From: an uncultured Lachnobacterium sp.
GTDB lineage: Bacteria > Bacillota > Clostridia > Lachnospirales > Lachnospiraceae
DNA: 64,000 nt
Direction: 5' to 3'
NCBI GenBank assembly: GCA_964449855.1
Contig: CAYVGA010000001.1
Span: 7,348 to 71,347 of the forward strand
Shown: positions 1-11,000 of the stretch, piece after piece
Layout: every line of letters begins with the position of its first letter
How positions within the stretch are numbered: the first letter of the stretch is position 1
Translations under genes and position numbers: made by a program
The notes under the pieces: model-generated
Seen by the model: only the letters and a program-made list of their open reading frames with translations
The model's database searches: none
What the model was told of the DNA's origin: nothing

Positions 1-2602
1 GAACCTTCAAACATAATTTAAATTTTGAGTTTGACCAAATCTGTGCATCAACTACCCCACTTGGTTTTTGCGTTGCCAAAATAAGGTGAACACCAAGTGT
101 TCTACCTATACGTGCCGCCGAAATAAGTTCTTTCATAAAATCAGGATACTCTGCTTTTAATTCTGCAAATTCATCTACGACCATAATCAAATGCGGTAAT
201 GGATTTTGAACCTTTCCCGCTTTATAAAGCTTAATATATTCATTAATATGATTTACTCCGCTTTCTGAAAACAGTTCCTGTCTCTTTATAAGTTCTGATT
301 TAATTGAAAGTAACGATCTATTAATCTCACGCCCATCAATATTTGTAATTGTTCCTATCAAATGCGGTAAATCTGTAAATTGATTTGACATACCACCACC
401 TTTAAAGTCAATAATTACAAAACCGACTTCGTATGGATGAAATAATGTAGCCATTGATAAAATGTACGATTGTAAAATTTCACTTTTACCAGAACCTGTT
501 GTTCCTGCAACAAGTCCATGTGGACCATGTGCTCCTGCTTTATCACTAATATCCAGCGAGACCACTTGATTTTTTCTTTTCACTCCTAAAGGAGCCGCTA
601 AACTTTGATATACTTTAGAATTACTCCATCGTTCTGTTAAATCTAAATCTTCTGTAGACATAATTCCCAATAAATCAAATAATGTAATATTTTTTGTTAA
701 TTGTCCTTCCAGATTAATCTCGTCAACATATACGGAAGACAATTTCAATGACATTTGCTCTGCTATTTCATTCGATATATGTGTAAATTTAAAACTTGTA
801 AGTAAATCACCATTTTCTGTATTCAATATGGTATTTTCATTTGATAAACGAATAATTTGATTACACCCCATCGGAATATTTTCTTCATATTCATCAAAAA
901 ATACAAATGTAAATCCATACTTACTTGATTCATTTATATACTTTGTAACCGGATGACAGCTTATTTGACTTACATCTCTAACAAAAACTACATAGTGTGT
1001 AGAATATAAATTGCCATTAATAGCACTTGCACTTTGTTCTCTATTTGATAATTCTGAATATAAGTATTCTAAAACCGAATTCTTACTTTCTTCATCGCAC
1101 ACAATGTTTTTGATATCCAATTGTTCATTGTTTACATTTTTCAGCCATCTTACCCATTCAAAATTTTTCACTACAGAATCATTTAAAATATATACAAATT
1201 TTACATCCCCATAAAAATGACGAATTGATATATCCAATGACATATTCTTTAACATCTGATTCAAGGATTTACTATCACCAACAAGACCAATTGCATTAGA
1301 GGCATGAAAATCTGCACATACCGGTGCATTTTCTATGTATTTATACTTCAAGGATACTTCTTCCGGAATCGTGACAAGTTTATCCTCCGGATCTACAAAA
1401 TCTTGTTTTGCAAACTTAATCTGATTTGAGGATTCAATTCTACCCTTTCCTAAATAAACTTGTAAAAAGTCTTTATCATCTTTCCCTCTTTCAAATATTC
1501 TTTTTCCAAATTGATTTACTTCTTCAACACAATTCTCTAATGATTCATAAATCAAATTTCGTATACGTAATTCTTCTTCACGAAGCTCCTCTATCTCTTG
1601 TGTTTTTTCATCTATATATTTTGTATAAGATTCCTCTCGCTCTTTACATTCTTTTATATGTTCCTTTGAATCTCTAGAATATGTAACAATGGACATAATA
1701 ATGCCAAGCGACATGGAAACGGCACTATAAAGAACAAATGTACCACCACCACCTATGATTCCTCTTAAAATGATTGTCATAGCCAGCATAACAATGGAAG
1801 GAATTAATGTAATAATAAGATTCTTCTTTTGCTTTACAGGTTTACTCGCTGGTTGCTTTAATTCAATTTCTCTATCTGGAAGCTGATATTGTATTCTGGT
1901 ATTTCTATTAAATTTCGGATATTCAAAACAAGTTGCATTTAAATTTATCATCTCTTGTTTTAAATTTTTCACAAGTATTTTTTCTGTTGATGAAGTATAA
2001 ATAATTCCATTTTTATAGTAAAAACTGAAACCAACAATAGAAAAAAAGTCTCTATCATTTATCTCACCATTTTCTATTTTTTTTCCATTAATATACACAC
2101 CGTATTTTGCATGAACATCACGAATTTCTACTTTATTATTTTTTCTACATAAGTAAAAATAATCTTCATCTAAATATTCATCTTTCAAATATATATCAAC
2201 ATCTTTCGAAGCACCAATTTTTATATCTGCATTATCGGATAACCATATTTTTCGATCATAATCTTTTTTTTCATAATCAAAATCAATTAAAAATGAAAAT
2301 GTAAATAATTCATTATTGGAATCCTGATACTTTATAATTACGGTGTCACCGTGCTCCAAATCCTTGGTTAATAATTTTCTAACATCCCCAACTGAAATAT
2401 AAAGATTATCAGAACAATATACACACCACTTTCCACCTTCCTTTGTACATATCATTTCAAATGACGAAAAAAACATATCCTTACGTAATCGAACATCACA
2501 TTCCATGCCTGTTCCAATTACAAGTCTATCAACATTCGGTGCTATCTCAATTTCTTTATATAATCTCTTATTTGATAAAATCAGTTTATATCTACCTTGC
2601 AT
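1..2602 (-). CDS. essC: Type VII secretion ATPase EssC/YukB (FtsK/SpoIIIE family); 5' part only, runs off left edge
   Basis: Manual translation from ATG at 2602 (RBS AGGAGAAGG): MQGRYKLILSNK..., FHA-like N-terminus (KIGAS...KYGVYINGKKI), two TM helices (LIPSIVMLAMTIILRG; FVLYSAVSMSLGIIMSIV), HGPHGLVAGTTGSGKSE Walker A, IDFKGGG, VVDEFAELK Walker B, RIGRTLGVHLILATQKPSG. Confidence 0.93.
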   Translation of the reverse strand, partial: MQGRYKLILSNKRLYKEIEIAPNVDRLVIGTGMECDVRLRKDMFFSSFEMICTKEGGKWCVYCSDNLYISVGDVRKLLTKDLEHGDTVIIKYQDSNNELFTFSFLIDFDYEKKDYDRKIWLSDNADIKIGASKDVDIYLKDEYLDEDYFYLCRKNNKVEIRDVHAKYGVYINGKKIENGEINDRDFFSIVGFSFYYKNGIIYTSSTEKILVKNLKQEMINLNATCFEYPKFNRNTRIQYQLPDREIELKQPASKPVKQKKNLIITLIPSIVMLAMTIILRGIIGGGGTFVLYSAVSMSLGIIMSIVTYSRDSKEHIKECKEREESYTKYIDEKTQEIEELREEELRIRNLIYESLENCVEEVNQFGKRIFERGKDDKDFLQVYLGKGRIESSNQIKFAKQDFVDPEDKLVTIPEEVSLKYKYIENAPVCADFHASNAIGLVGDSKSLNQMLKNMSLDISIRHFYGDVKFVYILNDSVVKNFEWVRWLKNVNNEQLDIKNIVCDEESKNSVLEYLYSELSNREQSASAINGNLYSTHYVVFVRDVSQISCHPVTKYINESSKYGFTFVFFDEYEENIPMGCNQIIRLSNENTILNTENGDLLTSFKFTHISNEIAEQMSLKLSSVYVDEINLEGQLTKNITLFDLLGIMSTEDLDLTERWSNSKVYQSLAAPLGVKRKNQVVSLDISDKAGAHGPHGLVAGTTGSGKSEILQSYILSMATLFHPYEVGFVIIDFKGGGMSNQFTDLPHLIGTITNIDGREINRSLLSIKSELIKRQELFSESGVNHINEYIKLYKAGKVQNPLPHLIMVVDEFAELKAEYPDFMKELISAARIGRTLGVHLILATQKPSGVVDAQIWSNSKFKLCLKV

Positions 2603-2611
2603 AACCTTCTC

Positions 2612-2863
2612 CTACTTTGCAAAATATATTATGGTTCCATTTCTAACCCCAAATTCTAGTAAAGTCTTATTCCCTTTTAATAAGGCAATTGGATTTTCTG
2701 CTTTCAAATAACATTGTTTTATATCTGTTACATCGATTTCCAAATTGTATGCATCATTCAAAGCTGTTACTAATTCATTCGCAGTAATATTTAACGGAAT
2801 TTCCAAATCTACCTGAACTTCATTTTCATTAATCTTAAACATAATTGTTGCTGTATTTTTCAT
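2612..2863 (-). CDS. YukD/EsaB-like ubiquitin-fold T7SS protein
   Basis: 83 aa; VDLEIPLNITANELVTAL...KTLLEFGVRNGTII pattern; immediately upstream of essC. Confidence 0.85.
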   Translation of the reverse strand: MKNTATIMFKINENEVQVDLEIPLNITANELVTALNDAYNLEIDVTDIKQCYLKAENPIALLKGNKTLLEFGVRNGTIIYFAK

Positions 2864-2872
2864 ATTTCCCAC

Positions 2873-3928
2873 CTACATTACTAAAACAGAAATTTTTTGC
2901 ATATCGGCATTCTTTTCAAAGTCATTTAAAAGAACATCTTTGTTCTCTGTAAATCTATAAACATAGTCTGTGATAAAAAAAGAAAGATTTTCCTGACCAT
3001 TTATTAAATAATTCTCTCTTTCGCTAGAATACTTATTACAGATAAAGAAAAACTTCTCCGCATCATTACAATTCATATTTTTTGTTAACATATTCGTTGC
3101 AAACACTGATGCTTTTGTCTGATTCAACACCATAACAACTTTATCTGCCTGCATAATCAACTCTGCCTTACTTTCATTAAAAATTGCATCTGTATCTACA
3201 ATAATTGCATCATATTCTTTCGAAAGTCTTGCTGACTGAATCAATTCTTTATACATAGAATACTGAATTCCTAATGATGATAGAGCAGCCCCAAATGGTG
3301 GCAGATAATCGAATTTTTCATTTCGTATTACATGACGAATTCTCGTATACAAATCTGAATTTAACTTTTTAAACTCTGGATATGCACTACTTGGTACTGC
3401 TGCACGATTACTAAACATGTACTGAAATGAATTTATCCCTTCTATATTTATATACAAAACTCTTTTAAAGCTCTTTGCCAAACAAGCTGCAACACCTAAT
3501 GCCAAAGTTGTTTTTCCTGTACCGCCTGATGCAGAAGTAAACAAAATTACTCTTGTTTCCTTTGATTTTGCTGACTTACTTGATAATTCTGATGCACTTG
3601 CCGCAATAATTTGATTATAAATTTCTTTTATACTCGTATATTTAAACAAACGTGTAGCTGTCAAATCTTCAGTTCCACCCTCTTCTGCCAGCTCAGCTAA
3701 TACGAACAAATTTGAAATATTATGCCTTTGTAAACTAATCGAATACAATTCCTCATCTACAACCAAAATATCCGCACTTCTTGGCTGACTGAAATATTCA
3801 TCAAAATAATTTTCCTGTGTAATAACCTCTAACTCTATTTCATCATCTAATTCTTCTAAAAATTTCATTTCAATTGGAGCGAGATATTTTTCATCTAAAT
3901 CAGCTAAAATAACTTTTATCTTTGCCAT
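2873..3928 (-). CDS. TadZ/CpaE-like protein (atypical receiver domain + ParA/MinD-type ATPase)
   Basis: N-terminal KIKVILADLDEKY receiver-like segment; FTSASGGTGKTT deviant Walker A; YDAIIVD Walker B. Confidence 0.75.
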   Translation of the reverse strand: MAKIKVILADLDEKYLAPIEMKFLEELDDEIELEVITQENYFDEYFSQPRSADILVVDEELYSISLQRHNISNLFVLAELAEEGGTEDLTATRLFKYTSIKEIYNQIIAASASELSSKSAKSKETRVILFTSASGGTGKTTLALGVAACLAKSFKRVLYINIEGINSFQYMFSNRAAVPSSAYPEFKKLNSDLYTRIRHVIRNEKFDYLPPFGAALSSLGIQYSMYKELIQSARLSKEYDAIIVDTDAIFNESKAELIMQADKVVMVLNQTKASVFATNMLTKNMNCNDAEKFFFICNKYSSERENYLINGQENLSFFITDYVYRFTENKDVLLNDFEKNADMQKISVLVM

Positions 3929-3929
3929 T

Positions 3930-4913
3930 CTATATACCTCCCCCTACCTTAAATTCAAAATCACTATTTGCGAGTCTTATCAAATCACCATGCTTAATTG
4001 GTGACGGCTGATTTGGTACTAATTTTCTCTGGTTTACATACGTTCCATTTGCACTACCCAAGTCCGTCAAGTAATACACATTCTGCTGTGTACTAATTTT
4101 ACAATGCACACGACTTATCATTTTATTGAAACCTATAACCACATCCACAGCCTTTGGATTTTTTCCAATAATACATTCCGACTTATTTATTTGAACTGTC
4201 AGTGATGATTCTGCATCCAAAGAAATTAACTGAGCAGCTTCTATTAATTTATGTTTATGATCATCCGGTTTATCCATCTTCGCCCAAATATGTTCCTGTC
4301 CACCTGCTTTATATGGGTCTATTTTTTCTACTGTTCGTACTGCCCCACCTTTACACATGATACATAACTGACGATATACCTCTTCCAATGACAAAATACC
4401 GTTTGCTAACATTCCACTTAATTCATTCATGCGTATAGTTAACAATTTATTGTTTGCAGAAAGTGCTTTTAATACTCTAGCTCGGAAATCACTTTCAAAA
4501 GATGGAATATCCCAATTATGATTACTAATCGGCAAATATATCAAATGTACAGAAAGTGTATTTATATCTACAAAAACACGATCATCTGAAAGAATCAAAT
4601 TGTGACAATTCAAAAATCCATTATTACGTAACTCAATTACAGTCCCAAGTAAATTTGTTAACACACGAATACAACTATCATCATCCATGGAATTCCACAA
4701 AATATTTAGTGGTTTTAATCCATTTGTGAAGTAGACCAATTTTATCTTTCCGTTATACAAAAGTTTGGAACACTTAACTAATCCATTTGATACTTTTGTT
4801 TTTAATATCTTATATTCCGTTATTAAAAAATCCTCATTTTTGTTTACAATATATGATGTATGAAATGATGTAGATGTTTCTACAACTTTCCCATTTTGAA
4901 ACAAACTTTCCAT
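3930..4913 (-). CDS. FHA-domain protein with DUF6382-like N-terminal domain
   Basis: C-terminal IIGKN...ISRVHC...DLGSANGTYVN FHA motifs; start moved to ATG 4913 behind GGAGGG RBS. Confidence 0.85.
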   Translation of the reverse strand: MESLFQNGKVVETSTSFHTSYIVNKNEDFLITEYKILKTKVSNGLVKCSKLLYNGKIKLVYFTNGLKPLNILWNSMDDDSCIRVLTNLLGTVIELRNNGFLNCHNLILSDDRVFVDINTLSVHLIYLPISNHNWDIPSFESDFRARVLKALSANNKLLTIRMNELSGMLANGILSLEEVYRQLCIMCKGGAVRTVEKIDPYKAGGQEHIWAKMDKPDDHKHKLIEAAQLISLDAESSLTVQINKSECIIGKNPKAVDVVIGFNKMISRVHCKISTQQNVYYLTDLGSANGTYVNQRKLVPNQPSPIKHGDLIRLANSDFEFKVGGGI

Positions 4914-5007
4914 AATTCCCTCCATCTTTTGCATTTTATTTTTCCGATATTTACCACAAATAAGTCCATTACATCTAATGTATTTATTTCTAATAAATAT
5001 CCGGTAC

Positions 5008-5037
5008 AGAGGATTCCCAACCATTTGAGAATCCTCT
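5008..5037. terminator. Intergenic stem-loop after the giant gene (internal terminator or mRNA-stabilising hairpin)
   Basis: AGAGGATTC...GAATCCTCT inverted repeat; weak U-tract. Confidence 0.4.
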
Positions 5038-5076
5038 CATACCTTATATTTTTCATTTCAAAACTATTTTACTTTA

Positions 5077-8000
5077 CTATTTGGTTTTCTTTTTCAATCT
5101 GAAACGACGAATTCCAAATCCTGCCAATCCCGCAACACCTGCTGTTCCAACAATTGCTCCATAGAACAGAGGTTTATTCGCATAGAATCGAACAAATGCA
5201 TTGGTTGTTACAGTTACACCATCATTAAAGACATACGCACTCGTAAAATCTTCTGCTGCTGTATCTGTAATATTTCCCGCCATATCTTCTACAACAATAC
5301 GAATGGCTCTTTCATCTTCACTTTCTTCTAATACGAAACTATTGGAATAGTTGTTGAAATCATCCGTAAAGTCTGTAATCTCTTGTAATATTTCATCATC
5401 TACATATATCTTAATGGCCTTTAATCCAATCGCATCAAACACCATATATGTAATTTCTAATTCCGTTGCATCTACGATAGCTTTTTCCAAACCTGTAATA
5501 CTTGTAATCTCCGGAACTGTACTGTCTACATAGAATAAGATGTTCTTATCTTCAAAGTTACTATTTTCCGGTTTATTTCCTGTTGCATCTGTAGAAGAAA
5601 TAGAAATCTTATAAATACCGTCTAAGATGAAATTTTCCTTGCTGATTACATATTCATACTGATACCAGCCACTAGAACCAACTGATGCATTTTCATCAAT
5701 TACCGGTGAAACGGTATATTTCACATCTTCCAATGGTTTACCATCTCTGGTAATCTCAATATCCAAAGAATCTGTAACCAAACGATCTGCATTATATTCT
5801 GTTATAACCAAATCTTCTGTAACTGCATTTACAAATGCTCCACCATCCGCAATCAGGTTCACAAGATATTCATTATATGCATATACCGAACCATAACGAT
5901 TGATTGTAAAATAAGCTTCTTTTTCGATCGTATGACCAGCCTTGTCCTGCATGGTTATTAATAAACGATAGATACCGTCATCATTTGGATTGTATTTTCC
6001 ATCTTCCCCTAAACCAAAAACATTTAAACTTGCATTACCTGTTTCTTCGCTGATAGAGAACAGATTATGAATGCCTTTTTCTTCTGTAATATCTACACCA
6101 ATAGCATCCATATAGGTTCGATATAAGAAAACTTCAAATGAATCATAGTTCACATCTGAAAAACTAATTTCCGGAATAATCTCACCTTTGTATGCCATTC
6201 TGTCTTCATTATTACCGTTAAATGTAATGGTTGGTTCTTGAATATCTGTATCGATTGTCAACTGTTCAGAGGTATAAACCACCATTTCATTGGATGATTT
6301 GTCACGATAATTAATCGTAATAAAATAATCACCATCTTCTGTCAATGTAAATGTTCCTGTATGAATATCCACACTATTATTGTCCCATGTCGGAGTTATT
6401 TCATATGATGCACCGCCATCCTTCGATACCATTACAGATACATCTTCTGCATAGAAGTTTGCTTCTGTAATAACAACAGTAGCATTTACGTTTCCGTCAT
6501 AATACGAAATTGTTCCTTCTGTATTTACCGGTTCACTATAAGTTACCTGTGCAGTAGGTGCGATATTATCTACAATAATACGCTTATTATCTGACAAAGT
6601 ATTTTTCAAACCAGCTCGATCTGTTGCTTCAAAGGAAATTATTCCATTAAACTGATTTGCATCTGTCAGTACATCCTTCGGTATTTCAAAATGAACAGTA
6701 GCTGTCTTTCCAACATTTGAATAGGTAATGTCAGATGCTGCAATTGCCTGATTAATCAGTTCCGCATTTACGGCACTTACACCATCCGCTATTGTATAAC
6801 TGTACATAAATTCATGTACTCCAGATACTTCATCATCTGCTGTAAGTGTCACATCCACTTTTGCATCATAAAAACCAAATGTGATTGCTTCTAATATTGT
6901 TTCTAAAATACTTGTGCTGTATGCCACATTCAAGTTTATAGGTGTTGTATTATCTACCGTAAAATAATCCGTAGCGTAATCAGCACTTGCATTTGTTGCT
7001 AAATCTGAGTAAGCCATGTCAAATGTATAATTTGCATCTCCCGGATATGTAATTGTCAGTACATGCGTATCCGGTTTCTCTCCAGCTTTCCACTCTGACT
7101 TAACATGCAAACTATTTACATCTAACTCCGTTCCTATAACATCCGTTGCTTTTATGTCAAATACAACATCTTCTGCATTGAAATTATGCTCTGTGATAGT
7201 AATCACTGCGGTCTGTGTATCAGCAAAATATTCACGTTCCATACCATCACGATCTGTCAATGTATTGATTACATTGGTATTTTCATATACAACATCAATA
7301 ATTGGTTGAATGGTATCAATCGTAATCGTATGTGATACATATGGTGTCATCTGATTTGTGGAACGGTCTGTGTAATTTACGGTAATCACATAGTCCCCAT
7401 CTCCACTCAACGTAAATGTTCCAACATGTGTATCTACATTTTTGTCTGTCCACTTTGGTGTTACCGCGTATGCTGTACCACCATCTTTTGAAACCATTAC
7501 CTCTACATCTTCTGCATAGAAGTTTGCTTCCGTTACAGTAAACGTTACTTCTGCAATGTCATTGTAATAAGAAGTAGTTCCTACCACTCTGTCTGCCGCA
7601 CTGTATTCCGCTGTCATGATCGGTGCAATTGAGTCAACTACAACAATGCGGCCGGAATCTGTTACCTTTTCACCAGCATTTGCATAATTATCCGTTGCAG
7701 CAGCTGCCAGGTATCCACGCAACTGTTTTGCATCCGTATCCGGTAATGTAATCGTAGCAGTAAATTTTGACTTATCCTTAGCATCCTGTACTGCATCCGC
7801 CTGTGTTGTTTCTACATCTGTTGCACGATTGATATCACTTGCACCATTTTCTTTTGTGTAATTCCATGTAAAGTAATCCACACCAGCAGTCTGGTCATAA
7901 GCTGTGAATGTTACCTTAACATCTGCTTTATAAAAACCAAAAGTTATGGTTTCTAAAATGGTTTCCAATAAAGATTTAGAATACGTAATCTCTACATTAG

Positions 8001-11000
8001 ATGGTACTGTATGGTCAATGATAAACTCATCTGATTTGCAAGTTTCTGCATTTCGCAATGCTAAATCTGTATAATTAATTTCAAAATTATAAATACCATC
8101 CGGACAGGAAGTGATTTCATATGTATATACATCATTTTCATTTTCTGTCCATTCAGCCGTTTGCAGTATCGATTCTAATTCTGCAATTGATAACCCTTCA
8201 ATCGCCTTTCCATTGATATCTGTAATTGTTCCATTCTTATTTAATGAGATATCCTGCGGTCTGAAATTATGCTCTGTGACAGTAAATACCATTTTTTGAT
8301 TTTCTCTGTCAAAAGAGAAGTCTAACTCTGGATTCTGAGTATCAATTGTCAACTGTTCGGATGTATAAATTACCATTTCATTAGATGATTTATCGCGATA
8401 ACTAATTGTAACAAAGTAGTCACCATCTTCTACCAGTATAAATGTACCCGTATGAATGTCGGCACTATTGCCTTCCCATGTCGGAGTTACTGCATATGCT
8501 GTACCACCATCTTTTGTAAGCATTACCACAACATCCTCTGCATAGAAGTTTGCTTCTGTAACTACAATAGTTGCTGTCACATTTCCATCATAGTAAGAAA
8601 TTGTTCCCTCTTTATTCACTGGCTCGTTATAACTTATCTGTGCTGTAGGCGCGATATTATCCACAACAATACGTTTATTATCCATAAACGTACTTTCACA
8701 GCCTGCTCTATCCATCGCATCAAACGAAACAGTTCCATTAAACTGATTTACTTCTGTAAGTACATCTTTCGGAATTTGGAATTTGGCTGTAGCTGTTTTT
8801 CCAGCATTAGAATATGTAATTTCTGATGCTAAAATTGCCTGATTGATTAGCTCTGCATTTACCTCACTTACTCCATCTGCATTTTTATAACTATAAACAA
8901 ACTCGTGTACACCAGATACCATATCATCTGCCGAAATTGTTACATCTACTTTTGCATTATAGAAACCAAAAGGTATTTTTCCTAATATGGTTTCTAATAT
9001 CGTTTCTAAAATACTTGTGCTGTATGTCACATTCAAATTTGTAGGACCTGTCTTATCTACTGTAAAATAATCTTTAGCATAATCCGCACATGCATTCGTT
9101 GCCAAGTCTGAATAAGCAATGTCAAATATATAGTTTGCATCTCCCGGATATGTAATTGTCAGTACATGTGTATCCGGTTTCTCTCCAGCTTTCCACTCTG
9201 ACTTAACATGCAAACTATTTACATCTAACTCCGTTCCTATAACATCCGTTGCTTTTATGTCAAATACAACATCTTCTGCATTGAAATTATGCTCTGTGAT
9301 AGTAATCACTGCTGTCTGTGTATCAGCAAAATATTCACGTTCCATACCATCACGGTCTGTCAACGTATTGATTACATTGGTATTTTCATATACAACATCA
9401 ATGATTGGTTGAATGGTATCAATCGTAATCGTATGTGATACATATGGTGTCATCTGGTTTGTGGAACGATCTGTGTAATTTACGGTAATCACATAGTCTC
9501 CATCTCCACTCAACGTAAATGTTCCAACATGTGTATCTACATTTGTATCTGTCCATTTTGGTGTTACCACGTATGATGTACCACCATCCTTTGAAACCAT
9601 TACTTCTACATCTTCTGCATAGAAGTTTGCTTCCGTTACAGTAAATGTTACTTCTGCAATGTCATTGTAATAAGAAGTAGTTCCTACTACTCTGTCTGCA
9701 ACACTGTATTCTACTGTCATAGTAGGTACAATATTATCTACTATGATACGCTTAGCATCTTCTAATGTATTTTCATAACCAGCTCTATCTATTGCATTAA
9801 ATGAAACTGTTCCATTAAACTGATTTGTTTCTGTAAGTACATCTTTCGGAATTTCGAATTGGGCTGTAGCCGTTTTTCCGTCATTGGAATATGTAATTTT
9901 AGATGAAGTAATCACTTGATTGATTAATTCTGCATTTACTTTACTTACTCCATCTGCATTTTTATAACTATAAATAAATTCATTTACACCCGATACTTCA
10001 TCCTCTGCCGTAATCGTTGCAGTTACCTTTGCATTATAAAAACCAAATGATAGTTTTTCTAACATATCCTCTAAAATGCTTGTACTATACTCTATATTTA
10101 AATTTACAGGTGTTGTCTTATCTACTGTAAAATAATCTGTAGCGTAATCAGCACTTGCATTCATTGCCAAGTCTGAATAAGCAATGTCAAATATATAATT
10201 TGCATCTCCCGGATATGTAATTGTCAGTACATGTGTATCCGGTTTCTCTCCAGCTTTCCACTCTGACTTAACATGCAAACTATTTACATCTAACTCCGTT
10301 CCTATAACATCCGTTGCTTTTATGTCAAATACAACATCTTCTGCATTGAAATTATGCTCTGTGATAGTAATCACTGCTGTCTGTGTATCAGCAAAATATT
10401 CACGTTCCATACCATCACGGTCTGTCAACGTATTGATTACATTGGTATTTTCATATACAACATCAATGATTGGTTGAATGGTATCAATAGTAATCGTATG
10501 CGATACATATGGAGTCATTTGGTTTGTAGAATTGTCTGTATAATTTACGGTAATCACATAGTCTCCATCTCCACTCAATGTAAGTGTTCCAACATGTGTA
10601 TCTACATTTGTGTCTGTCCATTTTGGTGTTACCACATATGGTGTACCACCATCCTTTGAAACCATTACTTCTACATCTTCTGCATAAAAATTTGCTTCTG
10701 TAACTGTAAATGTTACTTCCGCAATGTCATTATAATAAGAAGTAGTTCCTACCACTCTATCTGCTGGACTATATTCCGCCGTCATAGTAGGTGCAATTGA
10801 ATCAACTATAATAACATTATCCAAATCTGACACAAGATTTTCTTGTTCCTTGCCATTTCCATATGCATCTGTCGCATACACAGTCAAATACCCACGTAAC
10901 TGTTCTTTATCTACCTTTGGCAATGTTATTGTTGCCGTATACTTGGATAAATCATCTTTATCCTGCCCAGCTTTCTCTAGTGAATATTCTGTATCTGTAT

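Noticed and set aside
1011..2711. Short plus-strand ORFs in the track (1011, 1426, 2107, 2505)
   Set aside because: Antisense shadows of essC, which the track missed because it has no stop codon in the window
5077..5250. Sortase (LPXTG) anchoring of the giant protein
   Set aside because: No LPXTG-like motif precedes the C-terminal TM
6900..10800. Diversity-generating retroelement (TR/VR) explanation for the intragenic repeats
   Set aside because: No reverse transcriptase in the window; all copies are in-frame domain repeats and the differences do not look adenine-specific by eye
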